From Takakia lepidozioides (lineage: Eukaryota > Plantae > Bryophyta), in the NCBI GenBank assembly GCA_030704615.1, contig CM060732.1, positions 33,542,001 through 33,606,000 of the forward strand: a stretch of DNA of 64,000 bases, written 5' to 3'. Position numbers and translations under genes: made by a program. Position 1 is the stretch's first letter; every line of letters starts with the position of its first letter. The notes under the pieces were generated by a model. That model saw only the letters and a program-made list of their open reading frames with translations, had not been told where the DNA came from and did no database searches. Below are positions 49,270 through 61,949 of the stretch, one piece after another.

Positions 49270-50000
49270 ATCAAAGTGCAAACTGTTAATTTTTTTCAAA
49301 AAGTTGCTTATAGGGTTGCCCATTAGGGTGCCAGCCGTGAACAGAGGGCTGGGACTTGGACTCCTTTTGGGCTTTTTTTTGTCTCCCGCCACACCATATG
49401 TTTTCTTAGTATCCACGAGCCTAGAGCATGGAACGCGATGATCGCAGGATGTGCAGGGGCGTGGGTTGGAGGCTTCGCAGACCTATTCTTGAGCAAATGA
49501 TGCAGGAAGGGGCGAGGATAGGCACAGCGAGGCACTACAACACATTATGGTTTTCAGCAGCATCAGTATTTCACTATGAAATTTCACTTTTCACTATTTC
49601 TAGCACCACATAATGAAATGTGCTGATATTAATAAAACAATTCACTACAACTATAAAAAGTTTCACTATAGAGTTCTTTATTCTGTCAAAATCAAACATT
49701 GACAGCTGTAATTCTGAAAATATAATTGGTAATGTTTGTCTACGTGGTGTTTTGGTTTTCTAGACAAGCCTGGTAGGAGGATTTTAGCCTCTGACCGAGA
49801 ATGAATCAAAGTGCAAAAGGTTAAAAAGTCAAAAAGTTGCTAATAAGGTTGCCCATTAAGGTAATCGTGAACACAGAGGAGGGCTGGGATTTGGCATTTT
49901 TTTGTCTCTTTCGCCACACCATGTAGCCGAGGGATGGAACGTGATGATAGTAGGATATGCAGGGGCGTGGGATGGAGGCGTTGACCTAATGATGCGGGAA
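49270..50000. repeat. Diverged direct duplication of ~200-250 bp (49270-49520 vs 49806-50000)
   Basis: Shared TCAAAGTGCAAA...TCAAAAAGTTGCT...GGTTGCCCATTA...GCAGGGGCGTGGG.TGGAGGC. Confidence 0.75.
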
Positions 50001-50327
50001 GGAGAAGAGGAGGAGGAGATGAGACGATGAGAAGCTCGCAACATTCATGCGAGCTCGCCGTTCTTGGGAGAGAGACGAGGAGAAGCTCGCCGTTCTTGGG
50101 AGAGTCAGCTTGGTCTTAGCAGGCCGTGTTTCAATCTCTGCCTACTCAGCTGTCCATGGTGGTTCGATCTCACAGACCAATCCGACATTACCTGACCACA
50201 GACACAAGCAACACACACAATAGGTAACTTTGGGTTGATGGTCGGTCAAGTCATGACACAAGCTCAAGGACAATGTGGTGAGGGCACCTTCTTCTTTGAC
50301 CTATTTCAGCTTGTTTTGCCCTCTCAT

Positions 50328-50780
50328 ATCATGTTTGTGTGCATTGCAATGCTTGTGTAAGCCTGGCAGCCCTTGAGAGGAGCAAAGAGGTGCATGGGGA
50401 TATCATCAAAGTTGGAATTGTACCTAATGTCATTCTAAACAGTGCCCTGGCAGTTTTGGAAAAGGGGAAGGAGGTCCATGGTCACATCTTCAGAGCTGGA
50501 ATTGTACCAAATGTCATTCTAAACAATACCCCAGTGGACATGTATGCAAAATGTGGGTGCATCGAGGATGCAAAGGGAGTGTTCAACACTATGGCTCAAC
50601 GAGATGTGGTGTCGTGGAGTGCGATGCTTGTAGGGCATGCACAGCAAGGACGTGGGATGGAGGCTTTGGAGACCTATGAGCAAATGATGGGGGAAGGGGT
50701 TCAGCCCGGCCACATCATGTTTGTGTGCATTGCAAGCCTGGCAACCCTGGAGAAGGGCAAAGAGGTGCATGGGGATCATC
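50328..50780 (+). pseudogene. PLS-class PPR protein fragment
   Basis: LEKGKEVHGHI...PNVILNN..VDMYAKCGCIEDAKGVF...RDVVSWSAML. Confidence 0.85.
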
Positions 50781-50784
50781 CCAA

Positions 50785-53513
50785 GATTACTTGCAACAAG
50801 CAGGGATACGGCATGAGACCACAGCTCCCTACACGCCGCAACAGAACGGCTATATTGAACTCGACAATAGGACAATTGTCGAGAGCGCCAGAAGCATGTT
50901 GTATGCGAATGGGTTACCTATTTATCTCTAAGCAAAAGCTGTGCATACAGCCGTGTACGTACTAAATCAATCTGCTACCAGAACATTAGAGAACGAGACT
51001 CCGTTTGAGAAATGGCACAAGAGAAAACCATCAATTGCGCACTTGAGGATTTTTGGGAGTAAGGCATATGTGCATGTCCCGAAAGAATTACGGAAGAAGT
51101 TTGATCCAAAGAGTGTCAAGCATTTGTTTGTAGGCTACTGTGAGACAAGCAAAGCTTACAGACTATGGGATCATGTCAGGAGAAAAATCACAATCAGTCG
51201 AGATGTACTTTTCGAAGAGAATACACTGCAGGGAGATAAACTTACTGTAGATGTTTTGGATTTCAAAACTCAGAGTGTAGTCAATGTGCCAACAACATCA
51301 GTAATTCCTCCTGTAGTTCAGAATGGTCACAACCAGGTAGCCACACCAGTTGGTGACATAATCACAGGTCAGGAAAATACAAGACCCTGTCAATTGAATG
51401 AGTCAATAGAGAGTGGTATTTCTGCAGTGCCTTTGTTGACCAGTGCTGATCTAACTACGAGAGTGGGAGAAGCATCGACCAATGGGAGAGACCAAGCAGT
51501 CCAACCACTAAGAGTTAATCCACACAGGGAAATGAGACCACCGAGTAGACTGAGTGAATATGTATTAACCGTGTCAAATGAAGCAAGCAAGCAGAAATCA
51601 TCTCATGCATGCTTAGCGGAAGCCGAGTCTTTACCTGATGAGCCTAAAACCTATCAGGAAGCCATTAAGTCTGGACATTCGGAAAGCTGGAAAGAAGCCA
51701 TGTCTGAAGAGTATCGATCATTGCTGCAGAACAGAACATGGGTTCTAGGCAAATTGCCCCCAAGGAGAACAACCATAAAGTGCAAATAGGTGTTTAAGGT
51801 CAAACATAAATCAGATGGCACAATTGAGAGGTTCAAGGCAAGAGTAGTTGCTAGGGCATAGAGTATGATGAGACTTTCGCCCTAGTTGTCAAGTTTGATT
51901 CGAATAGGACGATCTTGAGCATAGCTGCAGTCAAGGACATGAACATAGTCCAGTTTGACGTGAAGACAACTTTCCTGAATGGAATTTGGATGAAGAGCTA
52001 TATATAATGCAGCCAGAAGGTTACGTGGAAAGAGGACATGAAGACGAAGTCTGTGTTCTGAAGAAGAGTTTATATGGGCTTAAACAAGCATCCCGGGCAT
52101 GGGACGAGAAGTTCAATCATTTTCTTGTGAAGTATGACCTAAAGCCAAGCCAGGCTGACTGCTGTGTGTATTACAGTGATGATGCATCAGAGGACGATTA
52201 CAACAATATTTGTAGATGATGGAATTGTTTGCAGCCGTGATAAATCAAAATTGGATGAGATCATCGGATACTTGAATCTGCATTTTGACGTGAAAGCAGG
52301 AGAAGTCGACTGTTACGTGGGATTGCGAATAACCAGAGACAAGGACAAAAGAACGATATACCTGGATCAGAAGAGGTATATTACTCATATCATCAAACAT
52401 TTTGGATTTGATGGCGCAAGTCCTGCGATTGTTCCAGCTGACCCTAATGCAAGGTTAAGGAGCTTGCATGTGGCTGAACAATACAAAGATAATGAAGGAG
52501 AAAATAGTGAGTACCTACCTTACAGGGAAGCAGTTGGCTCACTTATGATTGCGATGTTGGGCACACGACTTGACATTGCCTATGCTGTCAGTTGTGCAGC
52601 AAAATATTCGCACTGTCCAGGAAGAGCTCACTGGAATGCCGTGAAACGGATATTTAAATATCTAAAGGGCACAGCAAACTATGGGATTTGTTTTAGTGGG
52701 AGCAGTGAACAGATTGAGAATACCTTGACGGGTTACTGTGATGCGGACTATGGGGGAGATATGGAGAATCGCAGGTCCAGGACAGGATTCATTTTCTTGA
52801 TGAACGAAGGACCACTCGCATGGAGCAGCCAACTCCAGAAATGCACATCAACCTCTACAACAAACCCTGAATACGTGGCTGCATATACAGCAACGAAAGA
52901 GGCTGTCTGGGTTCGACGGTTGTTGAAGGACATAGGGTATGAGCAGGAGGGAGCAACTGATTTATTGTCAGATAATCAGAGTGCTATTCGTTTGGTGAGA
53001 AATCCTGAATTTCACAAGCGTACAAAGCACATAGATATCCAATATCACTATGTGCGAGACAAGCAGGTTGCAGGGGAGGTAGACGTAGCTTACGTTCCTA
53101 CACAGGATCAGCTTGCAGACATGTTTACTAAGGCTCTACCAGCTGATAAATTTATCAGATTTAGGAGCATGGCAGGCATAGTGCCAGTACCCTAAGGCTC
53201 ATGCATGAAGCTTATGTGTATGAGTGGGAGTGTTGGATTACAACGATTTACATCCACAAACCTTCATCATGAGGAGTTTGATTTTAAATTAGTGACAGCT
53301 GGTCAAATATATTGACTGCTCGTTACTGGACAGAATACAGATAGACGTGAAGCCTGACTGTTATGTATCTTGTTTTTCAAGAATCAAGTACAGTTGTCTT
53401 GTTGTCTCTTACTTACTGCTCTCTCTCTCTCTCATGTCTGAATATACAGACCGTAGGACTCTGGCTGTGAAATCTCGTTGTAGATGTGTGTAGATTTATA
53501 AACTCTGTCAACA
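50785..53513 (+). mobile_element. 5'-truncated Ty1/copia (integrase-RT-RNaseH + 3' LTR)
   Basis: APYTPQQNG, LKKSLYGLKQA, IFVDDG, GYCDADY, DNQSAI, HKRTKHIDI; PPT TGAGTGGGAG at 53221-30; LTR TG...CA at 53231-53513. Confidence 0.92.
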
Positions 53514-54312
53514 CTGAGTCCCAGAGGCCCCCCAGCCATCTCGGAGCTGGTTTTGTGGGTAGACTCTGCTACACCAGAACTGATTAGCTCTCAACCCATT
53601 CTGGCTATGAACCGTGATAAAACTATCTCTCAGTCCCAAGAATTTTCGCAACAAGGCATCTTGCTCTACTTCCCAGGAAGATGCAGACAAAGCTCTGAAA
53701 TTAAAAATCATGAATTCCAACTGCCAGATTATGTTCCCTTGGGCACAAGACTTGGGTCATAAGGAAGGTATCACTTGGAAGCCACGGGTCATAGCCATTC
53801 CTTTTCCGCCTAGTACCTATCTCTCCTCACTCCTAGAAATCGAGGCAAGCTTTGGTACCTACATTGGATCTATATATGTCTACGACCCTGTAGCTGAAAG
53901 TATCATGAGTGTCGATTTCGCCTTCCCACAGTTCGACTATACCAGAGACAGTGGAGTGCCAAAAATAGTTGTGCTAATGCCCGGGACTGCTACCATTGGT
54001 GCCTCTATCAAGCTGCCGACCTTGGACAACTCCTACATCGAAGTCCTCTCGAAGTCGGGCATTTCCTTCCAAGGCAATCACAACCTCGCCAACAGTTCCA
54101 GCACTAGCCTTGGTGGCAGCAATCATTCGCTTCCCCCCCCCCCCCCCCCCCAGGAACAGAACGCTCCCACATCAAAGAAGAGGAGACGAGTGCATGGATC
54201 TGAGGACTCGCCGCACACCAGCAAGACCAATGCTTGGCTCCCTGCTTGGGCCACCTTTCCGTTCACTAAAGTCGAACTACAAAAGCTTGGTGCCACCAGT
54301 CTCGCGTGTTAG
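53514..54312 (+). mobile_element. Possible LINE ORF1 (gag-like) remnant
   Basis: Hydrophobic pattern (F.SQEDADKAL...MFPW...IEASFGTYIG) reminiscent of plant L1 ORF1; weak. Confidence 0.3.
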
Positions 54313-55809
54313 TTCTTGAGCTACACTCCTTCCCATGAGTTCCTCTCTCAGGCTGGTCCCCAGGCCGCAATCTGTATTACTCCACTAATTTTCTCTATTT
54401 TGGACAACCTCACAAGCATGCTGCTTCTTGACCATATTGACGGATTTCTTTATGCTTAACAGATTTGCTTGGTCTTTTGGGGTAGGAATGGAGAAGGATC
54501 TCACCTTAAAGTTGTCATAGGACATTCTAGCGGCAATCTCCATGAAGGCTCATGTCTTAGCATGCACAATATAGGAGTCATTATTGATAACAATCCTCTT
54601 CACACTAATTTTGTTGTCATTCATATCCTTCCTATCGTACAAAGCTCTGACTTAACCCTGGAATCACCTACTGACATGACTTGGGTGAACAAGCACAACC
54701 TTCACCGTCATGATGTCCGTGACCCCTGGGTGCTGACAAAAAATTCTCTGCTTTTTGGGAGGGTGAAAAATTAGTGGAGGCCGAAATGCTCAAATTCAGA
54801 CACAAAGAGGTGAAGAAAACTATGGATGAAGGACAAGCCGTGGGCTTCATCACTAGGGAGCAGCACGTTCCACAAATCTCTCAGACAATTGGCAAATCCC
54901 TGACCTTTATGCTTCCTGAGGATACGGTGGACCCCCCCCCCCCCCCCCCCCCCCGCCTGGCGGTAAGTATGCTTACTCACGCTTAATCTCCCCTCTTTCT
55001 ATACTCCCCTCATACGCTAAAGGACCGTGTCTAGGTCTTGCTGTTAGACAGTTCCAGCCCTCATGAAAGTCTTCTTCCAGGCTGGCAAGAAAATTGTTTG
55101 TGTTGTATTTGGCTGCATGTTGTCTCAACGCCTATGTTGTGGAAGCTTCCAAGAGAGGACATCTCCTTCATGCAGGCAAAAAAGAAACAGTTTAGGGCAT
55201 CGGATGTCAAACAAGAGCAGGCAGGTTCGATTACTGTCAAAACTTGGAAAATTCAAAAAACCCCTGCCTCCTCCGAGTGGTTCGCCTCTCTCCTGCGCCC
55301 CCTGGGACAGAAGGACCAAATTCAAGCTACTCCCCACTTGGTCATCAAATCGTGAGAGCTGTGATAACCCCATGGGCCACAAACATTCTCCCCCATGAAT
55401 CTCTCTTCACAGCTAGAACCAAAGGGGTAGGGTCGGATCACTCTACTCCAAAACGAGCAAGGATTCGAACCTGGGCCGCCAAATTCATGATTAATAGGTC
55501 TGAGGTCATTTTTTTGCAATAGCACAAGTTGGAGCCAGGCAAAATTGCCTTTCTAGCACTACACCATTTGGGGGGGTTAGTGACGCCCCAGGCGTCGCTA
55601 ATCGCGCATTTCTGACCCCACGGAAATCGCAAATTTGATGCGTCGTTATGGGGCCGTCGCAGATTTTGGACTTAAGGCGACGCCAGGGGGGTCGAAGATC
55701 CAACCGCCCTGAAAATTCCCACTTGCGACGCCCAGTGCGTCGCAATGACTGCGACACTCGTGGCGTTGCTATAGCCATACAGGAGGGTGTCAAGTTATTT
55801 TACCACTAG

Positions 55810-58800
55810 TGTGAAACTAGCTAGGAAATAGCTAGCTTTTACATATTGACATTTGGGATTGGCCCAAGTGTCAATCCAGGGTCAGGCAGATTTAGGCCCT
55901 GGAGTGGTTATCTTCACGGCAAGCGCATGAGGCTCATCTTTCTCGAGTTGAGCCTCACCGCGCCTAGCTATGGCACCGTAGTGTGGATTCCCCATGGCGT
56001 GGGGTGCACTTGGCTTGACTTGTATTTGAGTGATGAGGTTATATATGCATGAGTTTATGCTTCAGATTTGTGAGCTTGTGCTTGTATTCTTCTTCTTTAT
56101 CACTCGAGAAAGATGAGCTCGTATCTATGAGTGCTAGATACGAGTTAGTTGTAGCACTTTTGTGTTTTTGCTTGAGATTGAGAGAAACCAAGTTGTTATG
56201 CAAGGAGCACCATGGAGCTCTTGGTTGTTAGAAGCGGAGGCGATGTGGGTTACGAGGTGGTAGACCTTGGCATTCGATCTTCAGCTTCAGAGATGAAAGC
56301 ACCATGCTGCAGGTAATTCCAGAGCACCTTGATGGTTTCAGATTGTGTACATGCATGAGCAAGCACGATTGGGAAGAGGACTAGTCAAGAGCAGGTTATA
56401 GTGGCTTTGGTGGCAAAGCTGAGAACTGGACCTGGAATGCGAGCTTTCATTGTGTGAAGGATTGCAAGACCAAGCGAAAAGGGCTGATTTGGCTTGGGCT
56501 CAAATCAATGCATTTTGTGGAGTATGGTGAGATTTGGTTTCAATCTCGAGCTTCAGCATTGAGAGGGCTCTTGTCATGGCAAGAGCAGGGCTGGAACAGG
56601 AGCTAAGAGGTGCGGCAAGGCCATGGAATGTGCACCTGGGGTTCAGAGCTTGGAAGAAGAGCTCTTGCACCACAAGAGAGTGTCTTGTGGCTGGAAATGT
56701 AAGCCTTAGGGTTTCAGGAGCTTGGCAAAGGCTGTGGAGTGCTTAGTCTTGTCTTAGAGAGCATCAAGGAGCCAAGGAGCCAAGATAGGGGGCTGATATC
56801 TCTTGTGTGAGAGGTTGCATGTGTGGAGCATGTATTCAGCTCATTGAAGCTTCCATCTTCAAGCTTGGAGGGCAAGCAAGGAAGAGGGAAGGGCTGACTT
56901 CCCTTATGTGGGCAATGTATGTGTGGAGCATGCTATCAGCCTGGTGAAGGCTTGCACTTTTAGGTGTGGGAGTGCAAGGAAGGAAGGAAGGGGCTGGTTT
57001 CCCTGTAGGGCATGTAGAGCATGCTTTCAGCCTGCTGAAGCTTGTATTTTCAGGTTTGTGGGTGCAAGAAATGAAGCAAAGGAGCTGATTCTCTTATGGT
57101 GAGAGTGGGGGCATGTGTGGAGCATGCCTTCAGCCCATTGAGGCTCTTGTTTTCAAGCCATAGAGAGCTAGAACGGAAAGGTCTAGGGCTGGTTTCCACT
57201 TGGAGTGAAAGAAAAGCACTTGTAGGGCCTATGTGAGTTGGGGTTTCAACTTCAAGCTTGAAGGGAGCGCAACTCTGAAGCAACAGGTGTAGAGGCTGGA
57301 ATAGGCTCTAAGACAGATGCTATGGCCAATGAGAGTGCTTGAATGAGTGCTCACAAGGGCTGGTTGGTTGGTTGGTTGGTTGGTTTTTTGCCATTGAGTT
57401 TAGTGGCGTGTTTGGGAGGCTAAGTGAGAAAGAAGGCTTGGTTTGTGGCAACCACCTCATGGCTTAGGGCTACTATGGTGGTGTGTGGGAGCCGAAAGAG
57501 CAAGGATACCTTGCTGATTTCCTCACAGCCACCATTAGCTCGGTGGAAAGAAGCCTAGAGTCCAAAGAGACACAAACCCTAGCTTGGCGTGGCTAAACCC
57601 CTTGGAGAAATGGCTAAACTGCCAGAGCGGCATGTGTGGGGCTGTGACAGGCTTGTGGCAAGCTGTGACGGGCTATGAGGGGCTGTGACAGGCTGTGCCC
57701 TGTGCCCTGTGGGGCTGTGACGGGCTGTGTCAGGCTGTGGCGAGCTGTGAGGGGCTGTGACAGGTCGTGCCTGAGGCCTTTGAGGCTGTGAGGGGCTGTG
57801 ACAGGCTGTGATAGGCCGTGCCTGAGGCCTTTGAGGCTGTGACGGGCTGTGAGGGGCTGTGACAGGCCGTGCCTGAGGCCTTTGGGGCTGTGACGGGCTG
57901 TGACGGGCTGTGACAGGCCGTGCCTGAGGCCTTTGGGGCTGTGACGGGCTGTGAGGGGCTGTGAGAGGCTGTGCCCTGTGCCCTGTGGGGCTGTGACGGG
58001 CTGTGGTCTTGGCGGCTGTGGCGAGCTGTGACGGGCTGTGATGGGCTGTAACAGGCTGTGCCCCTCTGGCCTGTGGGGCTGTGACGGGCTGTGATGGGCT
58101 TGTGACAGGCTGTGCCCTGTGCCCTGTGGGGCTGTGACGGGCTGTGTCAGGCTGTGACAGGCTGTGCCCAGTGGCCTTTGGGGCTGTGACGGGCTGTGCG
58201 GGGCTGTGACGGCTGTGCCCTGAGGCCCGTGGGGCATGTGACGGCTGTGACAGGCATGTGGCGAGCGCTGTGACAGGCTGTGCCCATGGCCTTTGGGGGC
58301 TGTGACGGGCTGTGAGGGGCTTGTGACAGGCCGTGCCTGAGGCCTTTGAGAAGGCTGTGAGGGCTGTGAGGGGTTGTGACAGGCCGTGCCTGAGGCCTTT
58401 GAGGCATGTGACGGGCTGTGAGGGGCTGTGACAGCCGTGCCCATGGCCTTTGGGGCTGTGACGGCTGCGTGAGGGGCTGTGACAGGCCGTGCCTGAGGCC
58501 TTTAAGGCTGTGATGGCTGTGAGGGGCTGTGACAGGCCGTGCCCATGGCCTTTGGGGCTGTGATGAGGCTGTGAGGGGCTGTGACAAGCCGTGCCTGGGG
58601 GCCTTTGGGGCTGTGACGGGCTGTGAGGGGCTGTGACAAGCCGTGCCCATGGTGACGGGCTGTGTCAGGGCTGTGACAGGCCGTGCCTGAGGCCTTTGAG
58701 GCTGTGAGGGGCTGTGAGGGGCTGTGAGGGGCCGTGCCTGAGGCCTTTGAGGCTGTGACAGGCTCTGATGGGCTGTGATGGGCTGTGACAGGCTGTGCCC

Positions 58801-60135
58801 TGTGAGGCTGTGACGGGTTGTGAGGAGCTGTGACAGGCCGTGCCCATGGCCTTTGGGGCGTGACGGCGGCTGTGAGGGGCTGTGAGGGGCTGTGGACAGG
58901 CCGGTGCCCATGGCTTTGTGGGCTGTGACGGGCTGTGAGGGGCTGTGACAGGCCGTGCCATGGCCTTTGGGCTGTGACGGCTGTGAGGGGCTGTGACAGG
59001 CCGTGCCCATGGCCTTTGGGGCTGTGACGGGCTGTGAGGGGCCGTGAGGGGCCGTGACAGGCCCGTGCCTGAGGCCTTTGAGGCTGTGAGGGGCTGTGAG
59101 GGGCTGTGACAGGCCGTGCCTGAGGCCTTTGAGGCTGTGACGGGCTGTGATGGGCTGTGATGGGCCTGTGACATGCTGTTGCCCTGTGCCCTGTGAGGCT
59201 GTGACGGGCTGTGAGGAGCTGTGACAGGCCGTGCCCATGGCCTTTGGGGCATGTGACAGGCTGTGAGGGGCTGTGACAGGCCGTGCCTGAGGCCTTTGGG
59301 GCTGTGACGGGCTGTGAGGGGCTGTGACAGGCCGTGCCCTGGCCTTTGGGGCTGTGACGGGCTGTGAGGGGCTGTGACAGGCTGTGCCTGAGGCCTTTGA
59401 GGCTGTGAGGGGCTGTGACAGGCCGTGCCTGAGGCCTTTGAGACTGTGAGGGGCTGTGAGGGCTGTGACAGGCCGTGCCTGAGGCCTTTGGGGCTGTGAC
59501 GGGCTGTGAGGGGCTGTGACAGGCCGTGCCCATGGCCTTTGGGGCTGTGAGGGGCTGTGAAGGGCTGTGACAGGCCGTGCCCATGGCCTTTGGGGCTGTG
59601 ACGGCTGTGAGAGGCTGTGACAGGCCGTGCCTGAGGCCTTTGAGGCTGTGAGGGGCTGTGAGGGGCTGTGACAGGCCGTGCCTGAGGCCTTTGAGGCTGT
59701 GAGGGGCTGCGACAGGCTTGTGCCCAGTGGCCTGTGGGACTGTGACGGCTGTGACAGCTGAGCTGTGTGGTGGGCCTGTTCTGGTCTTGTGGTTGCCCGC
59801 GTTGACCTGTGGACGGCCTGTGCTGACTGGTGGAGGCACTGGTGAGACTGCCTAAGGACTGGCATGTGGTCCTGGAAGGCCGAATTTTGAAGCTCGTGGA
59901 GGGCGGTTTGAGTAGTATCTCTTCATGATATTCCCCATGGTCATGCAAGTGAGGGTAGAGAGGAGAGGCAGAGTGTTGGGATGAGAGCATGCTGGGGTTA
60001 GGCATTGCTTTAGCTTCTCTTCCTCGTAGTTTTCCACCCTCTCATTAGGCCAAGACCTTTCCGTAGGTGGAGGCAAGAGTCAGTCCGGGTTTGGGCTGGG
60101 GTGTCCCTTGCAGGAGCAACACCGTGGAGTTGTTT
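55810..60135. mobile_element. LTR-retrotransposon-derived sequence nested in the CACTA element
   Basis: Starts TGTGAAA and is homologous to 27359-28020. Non-coding, contains the minisatellite, and runs into the gap. Confidence 0.55.
57638..59760. repeat. Minisatellite of 10-bp GGCTGTGA(C/G)(G/A) units with ~50-60-bp higher-order structure
   Basis: Runs of GGCTGTGAGG/GGCTGTGACG punctuated by GGCCGTGCCTGAGGCCTTT or GCCCATGGCCTTT. Confidence 0.95.
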
Positions 60136-60635
60136 NNNNNNNNNNNNNNNNNNNNNNNNNNNNNNNNNNNNNNNNNNNNNNNNNNNNNNNNNNNNNNNNN
60201 NNNNNNNNNNNNNNNNNNNNNNNNNNNNNNNNNNNNNNNNNNNNNNNNNNNNNNNNNNNNNNNNNNNNNNNNNNNNNNNNNNNNNNNNNNNNNNNNNNNN
60301 NNNNNNNNNNNNNNNNNNNNNNNNNNNNNNNNNNNNNNNNNNNNNNNNNNNNNNNNNNNNNNNNNNNNNNNNNNNNNNNNNNNNNNNNNNNNNNNNNNNN
60401 NNNNNNNNNNNNNNNNNNNNNNNNNNNNNNNNNNNNNNNNNNNNNNNNNNNNNNNNNNNNNNNNNNNNNNNNNNNNNNNNNNNNNNNNNNNNNNNNNNNN
60501 NNNNNNNNNNNNNNNNNNNNNNNNNNNNNNNNNNNNNNNNNNNNNNNNNNNNNNNNNNNNNNNNNNNNNNNNNNNNNNNNNNNNNNNNNNNNNNNNNNNN
60601 NNNNNNNNNNNNNNNNNNNNNNNNNNNNNNNNNNN
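60136..60635. other. Assembly gap (500 N)
   Basis: Run of exactly 500 N. Confidence 1.
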
Positions 60636-61325
60636 CGTTCGACCTCAAAGCGCACACCCCCTCGTGTCGCGCACTGTAAGTGACGCCAGGGGCGTTGCTT
60701 TTTTTTGCACCCTCGACTGCATAAACAAAAATGATCTAGTCATTTTTAGTGACGCCGCAGGCGTCGCTACAAATGACTTACAAAAAAAAAAAAAAAAAAA
60801 AAAACTCAAAAGCGACGCCCCGGGCCGTCGCTAAAATGAACTTATATAAAAAAAAACTCAAATACAACGCCCAGGACATCGCACTCTAAATGCGACGTTT
60901 ATTTATTTATTTCTCCGGGGTGCTTGGTGCGACGCCCTAGCGTCGCAACCTCGCAATCGACGCCTTTGGCGTCGCACAGGGCCGACCCCCAGGGCGTCGC
61001 AGCCCAACTGCGACATTTGTTTTTTATTTTTGTCCCCTGTGACGCCTCGGGCATCGCAATAAAAGACTTGGCCAAAATGGCAGTATGTCTGCAATGCCCA
61101 GGATGGGGATGTGGCGGGGGCGTCGCACGGAGAGACGCTACGGGGGGGTAGACGTCGCTAACCCCCCCCCCCCCCCCAATTTTCCTGTAGTGTAGGTAAT
61201 CTTCCCTGGCTAGTGGGGGCTGATGCTTGCTTGCTAAACTTGTAGCCTGTGGCCAACCAAGGTAGCTGAAGGTTGCTTGGCATGGCCTGCTATCATTATA
61301 TTCCACGTAAATATATCTCGTTCAT

Positions 61326-61800
61326 TCATTTTGTCAAACATTCGGCGAACATCCACCATGCGCATTTGGCATACATGTTGATAAGGGTGTTGAATAGAAA
61401 GTTGTTTGGCTTGAATCCACTACGGATATCTCCTAAGTGCCCCTTCTGCAAGCCATACTTGGGCAAGCCCCCCTTGACTGTTTGCACAACCCTCTCTGCC
61501 AAGCCATCAGTCTCGGGATGATCCCGAGAAGTAGTGCGGTGATCTATCAAGGCTTGGGGCACAAAGCCTAAAACTCTCCCAAGAACTCTCTCCCCTGGTC
61601 CGTGAGTACCTCGTCTGGAGCACCAAATTGGCTGAGAACTCGATCCAAGAATGCATACGCAGCCCCCTCACTTGCCTTGTCAGGCAACGCCACCAGTTCA
61701 ATCCATTTGGAGAAGTGTTCCACCATCATCAGCATTTTTGGAATGCGACTGTGGCTGATTCAAGGCGAGGGCACAACCATTTGGGTTTCCCCCTCGCTAT
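61326..61800 (-). pseudogene. Gypsy integrase fragment joined to a PPR fragment
   Basis: DHRTTSRDHPETDGLAERVVQTVK runs in frame into GFKPNNFLFNTLINMYAKC. Confidence 0.65.
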
Positions 61801-61949
61801 CCCCCTCAATCTTATCCACTGAGACCTAGATCTAGGGCCGCATCCAGTGCATGATCCTTTCTCTACTTGGCTCCCTTGGGAAAATGGGAATGGTGAATGT
61901 TGATGCATGTAACATCTTGGCGGAAAGGGTGGAAATGTGGGATCTCCTC

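Larger units (their letters stand above)
55557..61192. mobile_element. Non-autonomous CACTA element with nested LTR-derived insert
   Basis: CACTACA...TTGGGGGGGTTAG at the left end, its inverted counterpart ending TGTAGTG at 61192, 3-bp TSD TAG on both sides, and many GCGACG/CGTCGC subterminal repeats. Confidence 0.8.

Noticed and set aside
55450-55530. Functional tRNA gene
   Set aside because: A perfect B box but no convincing A box or cloverleaf; at most a SINE remnant.
55557-55811. Short CACTA...TAGTG MITE
   Set aside because: No TSD (TAG vs TGA); the TG belongs to the start of the nested LTR and the matching terminus is at 61192.
57614-60005. Long ORFs of 276-572 aa
   Set aside because: Products of a stop-poor tandem repeat that is open in several frames.
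60010-60834. ORFs containing X runs
   Set aside because: Artefacts of the N gap.
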